Notes: generated by a model from the letters alone, not told the origin. A stretch of DNA of 64,000 bases from Octopus sinensis (GCF_006345805.1 NC_042997.1:73842001-73906000); one strand, 5' to 3'; positions 25,168 through 38,515 are shown, counted from the first letter of the stretch. Program-made: numbers and translations.

Positions 25168-26628
25168 TTGAGACCCATAATAGCAGGTCCCGCATGCGAA
25201 ATCCACCGCCTCAGTAACTTTTTAGACACCCTGTTAAAACCACTCCTCAAACATGTCAAAAGCTATATAAGAAACGACTTAGATATGCTCAATCACCTAC
25301 CGAATACTATAAACAAAAACACCATACTGGTATCTTTCGATGTAGTCAACCTCTACTCCAATATCCCCCACAACCTAGGACTAGAGGCAATCCAATTCTG
25401 GCTAGAGAATCACGCCAACGAACTACCACACCGCATCAAAAAAGAATTCGTGATAGAAGGGGTTAAATTCATCCTGGAAAATAACTTCTTCGCCTTCAAT
25501 GACAACTTCTACCGACAAAAATCGGGGACTGCGATGGGTACACGAATGGCCCCCTCCTTTGCCAACCTAGTCATAGGATATCTAGAGATCAGTCTGTATC
25601 GTAAGGTTCTAGAAAGATATGGCAGCCCTTTCTCCATCTACATAGAAAACAACTGGAAGAGATATCTAGATGACTGTTTCATTCTTTGGCATAAAAATAT
25701 AGAAAAACTCATAGAATTCCAGGACATTTTAAACGGACTGGACGTAAACATCCAATTCACGATGGAATATAGCCAGCAACAACTCCCCTTCCTCGATATC
25801 CTCATTAAGAAAGCTAATAATATAATAGAAACAGACATATATTATAAGCCTACAGACTCTAAGCAATATCTTCCATTCAATTCATGCCACCCCAGACACA
25901 CCAGGATGAATATCCCCTTCAATCTAGCAAAAAGGATATGCACTATAGTCTCTAACGCAAACACCAGAGACACACGACTACAAGAACTAAAAGATACCCT
26001 TATCACCAGGAACTATCCACCTTCACTTATTGACAAGTGCATTCAACTTAACATCAAGGAACTGAGACATCCGAAATCAAAGAAAAACTTACAACCAAAA
26101 GCCTTACCATGCATCTCCACACACAACCCTCTCAATAACGAAGCCTTCGGCACCATCCTCCACAACATACCCCTCCTAAAAAAAGACCACAGAATGAACA
26201 CAATCCTCCAAACACACACGATCATAAAAAGCAAGAGACAGCCTAAATCCATGAAAAGTCTCCTAACACAAGCCCGAATTCACTCTTCAACACCGAAGCC
26301 GACAGTAAAAAAATGTGGAAGACCCAATTGCGGGATATTCGACTATCTAATTGAGGAATCAGAGTTCTCCTTCAAACAGGGACAACGGTTTACAGTGAAA
26401 AGCAACTTCACATGTGCTTCGGAGAACCTAATATACTCACTAACCTGCTCCGGGTGTCAAGAGCAGTACATAGGCCAAACAAAAAATAGTTTGCGTAAAC
26501 GAATGGCCCTGCACGGATCCCAGATAAAAATTCCCCAAAACAGAAAAATAGCTTTTAGCCAACACATAGATACTTGCGCCAACAAAAAAAACACCAAGCT
26601 TCAGGATTTTCCCCCTCTTTCAATTTAG
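25168..26628 (+). CDS. PLE reverse transcriptase + GIY-YIG endonuclease (486-aa open segment)
   Basis: RPIIAGP, LVSFDVVNLYSNIP, GTAMGTRMAPSFANL, WKRYLDDCF, LPFLDIL, TDIYYKPTD, CGRPNCG, NLIYSLTCSGCQEQYIGQT. Confidence 0.93.
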   Translation: MRPIIAGPACEIHRLSNFLDTLLKPLLKHVKSYIRNDLDMLNHLPNTINKNTILVSFDVVNLYSNIPHNLGLEAIQFWLENHANELPHRIKKEFVIEGVKFILENNFFAFNDNFYRQKSGTAMGTRMAPSFANLVIGYLEISLYRKVLERYGSPFSIYIENNWKRYLDDCFILWHKNIEKLIEFQDILNGLDVNIQFTMEYSQQQLPFLDILIKKANNIIETDIYYKPTDSKQYLPFNSCHPRHTRMNIPFNLAKRICTIVSNANTRDTRLQELKDTLITRNYPPSLIDKCIQLNIKELRHPKSKKNLQPKALPCISTHNPLNNEAFGTILHNIPLLKKDHRMNTILQTHTIIKSKRQPKSMKSLLTQARIHSSTPKPTVKKCGRPNCGIFDYLIEESEFSFKQGQRFTVKSNFTCASENLIYSLTCSGCQEQYIGQTKNSLRKRMALHGSQIKIPQNRKIAFSQHIDTCANKKNTKLQDFPPLSI

Positions 26629-27397
26629 GGACGATACAACCTCGAGACAACGAATAAGTAAAGAAACTCTCTTTATTACAAAATACAGACAAACAATTAA
26701 TATACCTCAACTTTAGAATAAAAGAAATATACACACACAAATATTACATTCCAAAGAATCCATTACTAATCAGCCCCAATCACAGCTATACTCCATAACA
26801 TGCCAACTTCAAGTCATACAACACCTCACTACTTTCACCCATTCATATTCTCCCTTCTCTGTTTTTTTCTTCTTCTTCCTCTTCTTCTTCATCATCATCA
26901 TTATCATCATCATCGTCGTCATCATCATCACCACCATCATCATCATCATCATCATCTTCTCCTTCTCCTTCTTCTTCTTCTTCTTCATCATCAACATCAT
27001 CAACATCGTCATCTTCTTCTTCTTCTTCTTCTTCTTCTTCTTCTACTTCTCCACCTTCTACCTCTTAACTTTGTCACTAATGCTTTTTAGTATAACACCT
27101 ACGCAAATTCCATAAACAAGCTTTTCAATAGAAATATTCTCCTGAATTGAACTGTGACTGCTAGCCGCCACTGACCATTCAAAATACGACCATCAGGGCA
27201 CTCCCAGATTTTCCCACCCCCTCTCCTCATCAGCCTTCTTCTTCTTCCACCCTACCAAGAACTCACAACGACCTCGAACACACAAGTGCAAGGGAGTCAG
27301 AGAAAGGCAGAATGCCACTTATATCTGAACACTACTATAGAAATATTCCTTTAAAAAAACTTTTCTTCTAATTTTTCTAAATTTAATTATTTAATCG

Positions 27398-27441
27398 TTA
27401 CAGTTGAAAAGGTCTCAAAATGACCTAAACCGGTACTGAAA
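27398..27441 (+). ncRNA. Degenerate hammerhead, U3-A8 variant, G12 mutated
   Basis: CAG-TTGAAAA-GGTC(TCAAAAT)GACC-TAAA-CCGGT-A-CTG. Confidence 0.55.
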
Positions 27442-27486
27442 TGTTCACTATAAAATTATTTTAGCATTTTCTATTTTAACTTGTTT

Positions 27487-27527
<41 letters not shown>

Positions 27528-27859
27528 CACACACACACACACATTTGTGTATTTGTTTCGCGAGATCCCTGATTTTAAATTGTGAGTTGAAACAGATATT
27601 GTTATATTTCGTAATCGTCGTATTTATTTTGCAAAATAAACACACGCACAATATATTCGTTCAGCTTTTTTATTGTTCTTATTTTAGTGTCCTTTATCTG
27701 AAATTTTCCGTCACATATACTGTGACATCTTCAGTGACTCTCCAGGCCACATGTCTACTCCTGATAATAGAAATTAATGGAACGAAGACATTGATACATA
27801 TACATGCGCGAGCGCACATACATATATATATATATATATACATGTGATCTCTTGAGCAC

Positions 27860-28040
27860 CACCAGCAAAAAATTTTTTTCCTCTGTCTTCCCTTCTCGGG
27901 ATCTTTCCTTCTCCTTTGTTTCCGACGATGAGCTCCGCTCGAAACGTTAAACCCTCCTTCCCTTCTTTCCTGAGCGTCAAATAATACTTTAATTGTTCCA
28001 CGTCCTCGCGTTGCTGTGTTTTTTTCTGTTTTCTTCTTTG
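27860..28040 (+). mobile_element. PLE-derived short repeat with degenerate minimal hammerhead
   Basis: GTTT-CCGACGAT-GAG(CTCCG)CTC-GAAACGTT-AAAC..CCTGAGCG. Confidence 0.55.
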
Positions 28041-29559
28041 GATTAACTTTATATATAACTTTTAGTCTCCATCTACTAATTCCACTCACAAGGCTTTGGT
28101 TTGCCCGAGCCTACTGTAGAAGGCATTGCCCAAGATACCATGCATGTATATTATACATACATACAAGCATGTGTGTATATATATATGTGTGTGTGTGTAT
28201 TCAAATAATGATTAGAAACAGTGCTAGTGTTGTAAACATTATCGAACACACATACTCAATGCATATGTTTTGCTTGTTCGCTGGTAGGCTGCAATTTGAA
28301 GCAGTGAAGATGACTCCCTCAAAGCGCCGTGTGTTAAAACTCCTGAAATCTCATTCAGGAGCGATGGACATCGATGTTTCGTTATTATTGTGCCTTATCA
28401 GCATCACGTGCCTGAACTGAATCAGAGGCGCACTGAATAACCTGCACATGACTATATGCAAGACAGCATATCCAATGCAAGCGGTTAGCTTGTTTGATGG
28501 TGGACTGAACATGGCACGGCGGAGATAACTCTCTCAAAGAGCTGGGTGTAAAAAAAATACCTGAAAGTCATACACAGGCGAGACAATTCACCCCAAATCC
28601 CATTCATAAGCAACAATACCCGGCGCTTTGAGAGTCATCTCTACAGCATTAATTCGCAGCCTACCGGCAAACAACCTGAGCATATACTTTGAGCATAAGC
28701 ATGTTGACAACACTAGCGCTGTTTCTAATTCATATTTGAATTTATCCCTATGTATGCATCATCGGGTTTTAACGCATATGCACATATACATATCTGCAGT
28801 CACTAGCATTTCTACTTCCCCGCGAACAACTGACCACTTCTCTTTCGAGGTGAATTTAAAATACTACCATGCTCATTAATTATGAACCCGAAATACTGGA
28901 TTTAAGCTACGGCAGGACATTCGGAAAAGTAACCTACTTCACTCGTCTCCCCAGATAAGATGGGATGAGTTATGTTCAACACAAAAGATGTGTTGCATTT
29001 TTGTTATTGTTGTTGTTGTTCTTCTTATTTTTCTTCTTCTTCTTCTTCTTCTTCTTCTTCTTCTTCTTCTTCTTCTTCTTCTTCTTCTTCTTCTTCTTCT
29101 TCTTCTTCTTCTTTCTTCTTTGCCGTCTCCTTCGGCTGCTGCTGCTTTAGTCATCAAACTTCAGAACCAAACATTTCTCTGCACCCATAAACATTATTTC
29201 TTCAGATCTGCTACCACCTACTGAGCCTTCACAAAGGAAAAGAGAGAGAGACAGAGACAGAAAAAAAGGAAACTGTCCTACCTATTTGAAGACTATGGAA
29301 ATATTTACAAAACATTTCATTTAACTTTTCTTCAATTTAATTGTTCTTCTTATTTTACTCTTAGCTGAAACAGTAAAAAAGACGGAAACTGGAACTAAAC
29401 ATTACTAAATGTACTTCATGATAAAATCATTTTAGCATTTTCTACCTTGTCTTATTTTCCTTATACATATCAACACGTGTGTTACTTTTCAACCTTCTAC
29501 ACACACACACACACACACAAACACATACACACACTCGCATATATGTATTCATCTGTTAG

Positions 29560-29669
29560 TCCTTTCGGGGACGATGAAATAAGTACCACTTGAAGACTGG
29601 GTCGATGTAATCGACTCTTCCCCTAAGCTGCCCTTGTGGAAAAATTTGAAATAATAATAATAATAATTA

Positions 29670-29740
<71 letters not shown>

Positions 29741-29874
29741 TCATCATTATTATTGTTATTATTATTATCATCATCATTATTATTATTATTATTATATTAT
29801 TATTATTATATTATTATATTATTATTATTGTTATTATTATTATTATCATTATTATATTATTATTATTATTATTA

Positions 29875-29925
<51 letters not shown>
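29560..29925 (+). mobile_element. SINE 3' part followed by a long (ATT)n tail
   Basis: TTCGGGGACGATGAAATAAGTACCA..GGGTCGATGTAATCGACT..CTGCCCTTGTGGAAAAATTTGAAAT then (AAT/ATT)n. Confidence 0.7.
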
Positions 29926-29926
<1 letters not shown>

Positions 29927-31253
29927 TGAGTCTTATTTTTATTATGTACTTTCACTGCACTACCAAGCGCAGCTGTCTGTGCCTTGGATATGTGCTGTGG
30001 TTTATTGTAGTGCTCTTATTTTCACTTTATTGAAAGTGTTTCACGTAGGATGTGTGCGGTGCCTAGTAGTGCTATTTTCTGTGTGCTATATATACTTGTA
30101 AGTCCTGGTGTTTTTATAGTGGAATTTACATAGTGGAGGATGTGGTTTCATTTTCTTTTTTTAACATTTTCTTCTGTTTCTCCTGAAATGTGTTGTCATT
30201 GCTGTTAGTAATGTTGCTGTTACTGCTGCTAATGATTTTGTTGCGGTTGTTGTCGTTGTTGTTGTTGTTGTTGTTGGCTTCTTCACTTTTTTCATTTTGT
30301 TCCACTTCAAGTTATTTGTTGACAGAATTGGTTTTCAAGAATTCTCTGTTGAAATATTTCGCCTTGTGAACAATTTCAACGTCACCTTCAAGTATGTACG
30401 CATGTATGTACTTATATCCAGGTGCATCTCTGTGTATACACATATGTCTGGGTGTGTGTAGGTGAGTGTGTATGTGTTTCTGAGTCTGTATATATAAACA
30501 CGTGCATGCATACGTGTATATATAAGCTCATATATGTGTGTATATATGTATGTTATCTTCTATATTTAATCACTTGAATTCTTCCTCTAAAGGAGCTGGT
30601 TTCTAACAAACTTTCAAAGCTCCATCGTTGGAATGTAGAAACCAAAAACAATGTCACTTTACATATTTTTACTGTCCCACTTATAGACTGTTTTTGTAAG
30701 GCGCGCGCTGGTTGATTTCTTTTTCTGAAAACCCCAGCTTATGCAGATTGTCATTTTGGCATTTGCTCACAGAACTAAGTGCACCGATTATTAAGGGTAT
30801 GAATGTAACTTAAAATTTAGATTTAGAAACTGGAGATTTCGAAACAGTTGTCAACAGTTATCCTCTTTCTCTTTGATTTTGAAAAAGTTATTCACATCAG
30901 TACGACAGCTGACCTCTCTACGATATATACATTTTCACGTCTGCCCCAAACAGCAATATCCGGTCTGTTATGCTTACACTTAACAGATGTTTTGATGGAA
31001 ATGTTCCACTAGTTTTCCTTGTGTTGATGTTTGTGTATGTATTCACTAACAGGGGGGGGGGGGTTCTCTGTATTTATTCCAGGTCAGTCTTTTTTCTGAA
31101 TGGCTTTGTATATGATTTTTGTCACCTTGACGACGTGTTTGGAAAACTGCTGATCATTACGTCTGATGTTTTTCACAGCTCTTTCCCTCTCTCCTCTCTC
31201 TCTCTCTCTCTCTTCCTCTCTCTCTCTCTCACTTTCTCTCTCTCTCTCTCTCA

Positions 31254-31288
<35 letters not shown>

Positions 31289-31291
<3 letters not shown>

Positions 31292-31828
31292 GGTCAGGCA
31301 AAATGATCTGACACATTTGTAGGTTAAATAAAAGGCAAATGAAGTAAAGAAACAAAAAAGTGTTTTTATTTTTGAAAAGTACATATAATGCCATTTTGTT
31401 TCATTATGTTTTAAAAATTAAAGCAGTCAAATGGGATCCATTATTGTCCACACACTGTCGAAGGCGTTCACGAAAGTTGTCAATAACTCGGCGGGTCATT
31501 TCATGTGGAATGGCAGTAATTTCTTGTCGAATTGCATCTTTAAGTTGTTCAATAGATTGAGGGCGATTAATGTATACCTTTGACTTGAGGTATCCCCAGA
31601 GAAAGAAATCGCATGAAATGACCCGCCGAGTTATTGACAACTTTCGTGAACGCCTTCGACAGTGTGTGGACAATAATGGATCCCATTTGACTGATTTAAT
31701 TTTTAAAACATAATGAAACAAAATGGCATTATATGTACTTTTCAAAAATAAAAACACTTTTTTGTTTCTTTACTTCATTTGCCTTTTATTTAACCTACAA
31801 ATGTGTCAGATCATTTTGCCTGACCCTG
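31289..31828. mobile_element. Tc1/mariner MITE made of two right ends (217-bp inverted arms)
   Basis: TA|CAGGGTCAGGC..GCCTGACCCTG|TA; 31289-31505 mirrors 31612-31828. Minus strand encodes CDFFLWGYLKSKVY..LKDAIRQEI..NFRERLRQCVDNNGSHL. Confidence 0.9.
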
Positions 31829-32333
31829 TATATATATATATATATATATAGGTGAGCAGAGTTATCGGTTGCAGTAACCGTCTAAGGGATAATAGTATCC
31901 GTATTTACTATCGGTATCAATTACCTATACTATCCCTGGGCATGGGTATGCAGGCACACTATGCTTATAGGGTCCACGTACCAACAGAATAAACAAAAGT
32001 TTAGCAGGAATCAAATTTAAATAATCAGAAAAGGGAGAAAACATTTGATCAACAAAGAACCAAATTGAACCACATCAGTTGATTAATTGAACCATACCAG
32101 TTGATTAGTTGAACCATACCAGTTACGTACAGGGGTCGATGTAATCAACTTAATCCCGTAGGCTGTCCTTGTTTGTACCCTCTTTCTTTAGCCCCCTGTG
32201 GGCAATAAAGAAATAAATATCCAATATGCTACTGGATGTATACCTATTTATATCCAAATGCTTACTGTTGCAAGGCAATAGTGCAATTGAATAAAAAGTA
32301 CAAGTGGAGGTAAACAAAACTTTAACCAGAATT

Positions 32334-33085
32334 TATAAGGCAAGGAAGAAAATGAAGAAGATAATTAATTGACAAACATCAGCTGGATCTATTAATTGCA
32401 ATCATATGAATAAATAATTATATAAAAATAAATGAGTGAATATAACTCTACTCTTAATTAAATATTAGCTGACCAATTAAGTTGTAGGATTGACATTAGC
32501 ATTACCCTACTTATCATAGGGGTATTATGAGGACAATTTTTGTTAATAAATAATAACATATAACTTAATTTGTACCCAAATTATTTCTTCATTGATATAA
32601 TTATGTTATGATTTCCCCAACTATGTTTACATTAACTAAATCTTATTGATATTGCAGTTTTTAGTTTTTAACTAATGACCCTGTTATATGGGTCATCCCA
32701 TTAACCCCACCCTGTAACGTTTTATCTTTACTATCTCCTCCGTTAGACTGAAATAAGATGTGATCTTACAAACTCTGGAATTTACTTTTACTGTTTTTCA
32801 CTATTTTTATTATTTTATCCTTTTTACTTGTTTAATTCTTATCATTATGGACTCTCTGATAAAGCTTTGAAGTTCAATTTTTGTCCAATTTTTGTACAGT
32901 TTTTGTATAATTTTTGTATGATGCGTCAATTTTAGCATGGTGGACCCCAAAGTAGAAACAGCTGTAAGAGTAGAGTTATATTCACTCATTTATTTTTTTA
33001 TTTATTCATATGAGTGCAATTAATAAATAGATCTAGCTGATGTTTGTCAATTAATTATCTTCTCCATTTTCTTCCTTGCTTTATA
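32334..33085. mobile_element. Fold-back PLE remnant, ~120-bp arms
   Basis: 32334-32456 is inverted at 32965-33085; hammerhead 3' half GAAACAGCTGTA at 32955-32966. Confidence 0.65.
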
Positions 33086-33122
33086 TATGTGTCTGTGCCT
33101 GTGTGTGAATCTCTGTATGTAT

Positions 33123-33965
33123 TTACTAGCTGATGTACCCGGGAATTCCCAGGAAAGCGGGGCTTATCCTTTGGTTCCTTTCACATAATTGTTTCGCTAA
33201 TCCAATAACAAAAATACAAAGTATGTAGCCATTTAAACGGTTTTTTGTGCATTTACAGAGAACACTGAAATGTCTTGCACAGGATCTTGTTTTTAGGAAT
33301 TCCCAATAAGTTATGAATACCCAAATTGTGAAATCAGTTCTGTAATGATATGAAATTAGTTACCTGATAGTAAGAATTCAAAGTAGCCCCGAAAAGGGGT
33401 TTAATGCTTTCCCAGGGTATATAGAACATAGGAGGAAATACTAGTAAGGTATGTAAGCTAAAATTGTGAAGCATGTTACGTAATAACAGGCTAATCAGAT
33501 ATGAGATAATAACAATTCAAAGTAAATAACTCTGAAAAGGGCATTTGTGAGTTCCCAGAGAATATTCCCCTCAGGGCCGCTAGTGTTGTTATATTCGTAA
33601 ATAAGTCACTAACCAAAATCAGTGGATCTATTATTTAGGAAAGTACTATTTACTAGTTTAAGGGTTGTACTGGATAAATTACAAAAATAACTCTAACAGT
33701 TCAAATACTAATAAATAAGTATACTCAATTTCATTTTTACCAAATAATTTAGGAAAATAAATGGGTTATTTCCCTTGGGGGCTATATATAAGGATCCCTT
33801 CCAGGGGCAGTGTTATTATCGATTCTTTTCAACAATCTGAGTATACCATGAGATTTCCAGGCATGATTTCTAGTCACGTGTCAAGTTTCATCAAAATCGA
33901 TAAAACGATGTAGGCGCTGTTAGCTAACAACTCCACAAACACATCCACAGACAGAATTTCATACA
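33123..33965 (+). mobile_element. Non-autonomous Helitron/Helentron-like repeat
   Basis: Starts TACTAGCTGATGTACCCGGG and ends ..GTGTCAAGTTTCATCAAAATCG..ACAGACAGAATTTC, recalled as typical termini of invertebrate non-autonomous Helitrons. Confidence 0.45.
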
Positions 33966-34009
33966 CCCCCACACACATACATATATATGTGTGTGTGTGT
34001 GTGTATGTA

Positions 34010-34083
<74 letters not shown>

Positions 34084-34088
34084 ATATA

Positions 34089-34914
34089 CAGGGTGCGGTG
34101 AATAAACTGTCGTCTAAATTACGCATAATGAAAATAACATTGACATCACATTTTAAAAGATACATTTACCAAAATTACATAAAAATATCTTGTAATACTG
34201 AAGAGTAAATTTACTCAATAAAATCGCCATTAGCGTCAACCACGGCCTCCATACGACTTCGGAATCTCCTGCAATTCTTCTAGATGGTCTCCTTGTTTAA
34301 GTTGGTGAATGTTGCCATAATTCTTGCCCTCAGTTCATATCTTGTATTACAAGTAGCTTTGTAGGTCTCTCGATCAACTGCGCCCCACACAATAATCAAG
34401 GTAGTTGCAGTTTGGGGAAGCCATGACTGGGTTCTCCTGCTTGTGTGGCATGGTGCAGAGTCCTACTGCGTGACATAGGGTCTTCCAGTAGCCACCCTGT
34501 TCACCTAGGGCTGTACTGCCTCCTCCAGTCACTTGATGTAGACCTCTGTGTTGTGCTTGAGGCTGTGTGGGAAGATGAATGGAGGCATAACATTGCCATC
34601 ACTAGTGATCACTCCAAACACCATGATGTTGACTGGATATTTGGTTTTAATAGTCTCAGTACATGTCCTGCGATAGCTCTATCCTCAGAATGACACCCAA
34701 ACACTCTGGAATGTTTGTACTGGAGCTTCCAGCGCGAATGCCAAGCAGTACAGCTTCTTGATTCCAAATTTCTGGCAGAGAGAATTGCGTCATGATTCTA
34801 CATTTCTCACAGACGGTGCCCAACTATACTGTGTAGTCGACAAAATAAAAAAAAGCAGTGAGCATGCGCGAAATTAAAAATATAAAACGGCGACAATTTA
34901 CTAATCGCACCCTA
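34089..34914 (-). mobile_element. Internally deleted Tc1/mariner (maT/DD37D-like)
   Basis: Imperfect TIRs CAGGGTGCGGTGAATAAACTGTCG / CGACAATTTACTAATCGCACCCTA. Minus-strand VMVFGVITSDG..PPFIF..DSAPCHTSRRTQSWL..VVDANGDFIE. Confidence 0.8.
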
Positions 34915-35373
34915 TATGTATGTATGTGTGTGTATATATATACATATATATATATATGCATATGATATATATATACACATATATATACATAATAAGAGTA
35001 AATAATTTCTTTAATGGTTTTTAAAAAACCAACAATTATTTACTGGTAGATTTCGGCATGTAAATATAACCATTAACGGTAGGAACTTCTGTAAAGTTCA
35101 GTATATATATATATCGTATATAAATAAAAGGGGCAGGCAACAGGTTGCTTGGCCGCATACCGAAAAAAATAGAAATGGCAGCCATAGACTGTTTATTTCT
35201 ATTTTCTACAAATGGGACTCCACATACGACATATCCCTATAATTCACATATGCAACACAGGAGGAATAAATAACGAAAACAAAGTCTAATGCTGCCTGCC
35301 CCTTTTATTCATATATATACATATATATATATATATATGTATATATATGTATATATACATATATATATATACA

Positions 35374-35467
<94 letters not shown>

Positions 35468-35519
35468 AACATATATGTATATATACATATATATATAATT
35501 AATTTTTTAAAAAAACAAG

Positions 35520-35700
35520 AAAAAGCACAAGAAAAAACAACACGATGACGTGATTCATGCAAAGTATTAGCAGACGCTCAGGGAAGGAAAGAAAAGTAGT
35601 TTTACGTTTCGAGCAAACCTCTTCGTCAGAAACAGGTGACCGAGGAAAGTCGAAGAGAAAAGGAAGACAGAGGAAAAAATCGCCAAAGATTTTTGAAATA
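35520..35700 (-). mobile_element. PLE-derived short repeat with intact-core minimal hammerhead (~35600-35635)
   Basis: Minus strand TTT-CTGACGA-AGAG(GTTTG)CTC-GAAACGTA-AAA..CCTGAGCG. Confidence 0.65.
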
Positions 35701-35839
35701 TATATATATATATATACTTTCAGTAAAACAATTACGATTCAAGTGAGTTCTAATGAATTCACATGAATGCGGTACTTAACTTAGATGCACCAGAAATCTT
35801 TATGGTATTAACCATAAAATAATGTGGGGTGATTATAAA

Positions 35840-36550
35840 CAAGAAAAAAGCAACAAGAATGGATTAGTTGTTCAGTACAATTGTTTCATACGAAGAACAG
35901 ATTTATTAAAAGCTGCAAATATTGCAGCAAATACAAGTGTCCCGTATTCATCAGCCAAAACACATATGAGTTTTCCAAACATCCTAGGGGGTGAGGCTAC
36001 ACTCATGAAGTATCGAAGAGAGTTCTATGAAAAGCAAAGTTAGATTGTAAGCAGCCTTAAAATGTTCTCTACTGATGCACAGTTTTATAAAAGGTTTTTT
36101 TAAAAAATTTGTTAGCTTTTGTGAAACGAATAGAAGTGTGATCAACATCTTCTCCTCATATATCAGGAAATTACATCTACATTATTATGGATACATTCAT
36201 CTTCTCTGAGAATAAAATCTCTCCTCATATCTCCGGAAATTACACCTGCATTATTATGGATGGATTTCTGTGAAGCTAACAAATTTTTTTAAAAACCTTT
36301 TATAAAACTGTGCATCATTAGAGAACATTTTAAGGCTGCTTACAATCTAACTTTGCTTTTCATAGAACTCTCTTCGATACTTCATGAGTGTAGCCTCACC
36401 CCCTAGGATGTTTGGAAAACTCATATGTGTTTTGGCTGATGAATACGGGACACTTGTATTTGCTGCAATATTTGCAGCTTTTAATAAATCTGTTCTTCGT
36501 ATGAAACAATTGTACTGAACAACTAATCCATTCTTGTTGCTTTTTTCTTG
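35840..36550. mobile_element. Young fold-back element, ~278-bp near-identical arms, each with an intact-core hammerhead
   Basis: Plus arm 36431-36519: CTGATGA-ATACG..CGTAT-GAAA-CAATTG-T-A-CTGAA (palindromic stem III ACAATTGT); mirror at 35871-35959. Spacer contains a ~40-nt direct repeat. Confidence 0.88.
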
Positions 36551-36557
36551 TATATAT

Positions 36558-36609
<52 letters not shown>

Positions 36610-36635
36610 GTGTGTGTGTGTGTGTGTGTGTGTTT

Positions 36636-36671
<36 letters not shown>

Positions 36672-36672
36672 G

Positions 36673-36733
<61 letters not shown>

Positions 36734-36796
36734 AGTAAATCCGAGATCCGAAAAAGAAGAACACTCCAAGTTATAGAGTAGTATAGTATATAGGTA

Positions 36797-38489
36797 AATA
36801 AGGCCGATCTATGGGATTACCCTGGTTTTCATGTCCATAAAGTGCTTAGCTTTACCGCGTATCATCAGACCCCAAAACCTGTTGGCATATTGCCTCAGTA
36901 GCAAGTGGTCTCTCTAGAGAATGGAGGAGGAAAGGACTTCGTTATTCTGTCAACAACAGGGTGTTGTCTCCCTTTGGTTGTTATTCGTAATCGACTGTTA
37001 TCGTGTGGGTTCCAGGATACCAGCAGAATTTTCCTTTAATATCCTCACGCGTTCAGCTATGCACAGTTTGCAACACTTGATCCCGTTTATGTGGAGGCCT
37101 GGATTTTTTAAGATTCTCTATGATGCAAAATTTCTTCGTGTGGAATTTCTTCGTCCTCCAGCCGCCATACATGGCTGCTTAATGATGTAGCATATCCCCT
37201 TTTCGGTATTCTGAAAGAGGATTTGTGGTTGGAGAGACGTCGCTTGAATGTATTACTGGAGCATCCAATGTATCTGTGTGCGGGTGTTGACGATGTTGTA
37301 TCTGCTGGTGTTGACGCTGCTGCTACCGCTGTTGTTGGTACCGGTGCTGTTGGTGTTGTTATTGGCGTCGTTGAAAGTGGCGATGGTGCTGGTGCTGTTA
37401 CTACTGGCATAGTAACACCATCAACGGTGGTGGCGTTGTTGTTGGTGTTGTGGTCATCGTCGCTGGTGTTGTGGTCATCGTCACTGGTGTTGTTGGAGCT
37501 GTTGTCGGTACTTTCATGTTGTCGGCGCAATCATGCTGTCACTGTTATTATTGCTATCATTTGCGATGGTTCTGCCGCTATTTCTGTTAGGGATACTGCC
37601 ATTGCTGTGGTTGATATTGTTATTGCGGGCGATAGTGCTGCCGCTAATTCTGTTCGTATTTCTACTGCCGCTGCTGCTGCTGCTATTGGTGCTTACATTC
37701 CTGCTACTGTAGTAGACGTCGGGGAAGCTACTGAAGTTGTTGCTGCTACTCCGAGGATCGGCTAGTACCTCAGGTTCATAGACGACTCACTTGATTTCGC
37801 AATGGTCTCCCACTGAAGTCCCTGCATGAGCATCCCGTCTCCGCCCGTAGAATAGAGATGCCATCTAAAATTATCTTAATATCGGGAGCGCAGCTAAATG
37901 AAACCCTGTTGAAAACGCTTCTGTACGTGAAGTGTTTATCTACTAGTCTAAGGAATATCTTATTTACACACATTTTTACGTTGAGGGAGAAGTGGGGTAC
38001 AAACCAATCATATTTTCAGCGCTTCCTTCTGAGGGTGTTAGGGCCCGGCATTTAGGAATTGCGGTCCCATATCCGCTAGCTGAAGGACGGAGAAATTCCA
38101 CATGGGATATCATGGAAAGTCTTAGAAAATCCAGGCCCCTATATAAATAGGACAAAGCATTGTAAACTGTGCATAACCGAACGGGCGAGGATATTACAGG
38201 ACTCCCTCGACTCGGGAAACATCCTTAACTCCAGAATGGAAGTCTTCAGACCATGTTTGCACTTCAGAAAATTTTTGCTGGCGTCCAGAGACCTACATTA
38301 TATCAAACCAAATGGAGACAATCCCCTGTTGTTGACATAGAATAATGAAGTCTTTTTCTCTTCCATTTTCTAGAGAGGCCACTTGCTACTGAGGCCATAT
38401 GCCAACAGGTTTTGGGATCTGAAGATATGCTGTAAAGCTAAGCACCTTATGGACCTGAAATCCGGGATTATCCCATAGATCGGCCTTAT
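36797..38489 (-). mobile_element. Degraded PLE (second lineage) with inverted hammerhead-bearing arms
   Basis: KIFLRLVDKHF..YRSVFNRVSFSC, VVYEPEV..RYIGCSSNTFKRRLSNHKSSF..TSLSSHVWRL. Arms 36797-36880 and ~38414-38489 contain CTGAWGA..GAAA motifs. Confidence 0.8.
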
Positions 38490-38515
38490 CTATCTTTATA
38501 TATATATATATATAT

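Larger units (their letters stand above)
24140..27500 (+). mobile_element. Near full-length Penelope-like element (Neptune-like, Cys-rich linker)
   Basis: Frameshifted N-terminus (LSKGLKFTPTP..EDIAEFCRKLRL, KEADKGSAVVLMD), long RT-EN ORF, pyrimidine/CAT-rich 3' region, degenerate hammerhead at 27398-27441. Confidence 0.92.

Noticed and set aside
37108-37765. Thr/Ala-rich mucin-like or hydrophobic membrane-protein ORFs on both strands
   Set aside because: They lie inside the GIY-YIG domain of a decayed PLE and have no splice or promoter support.
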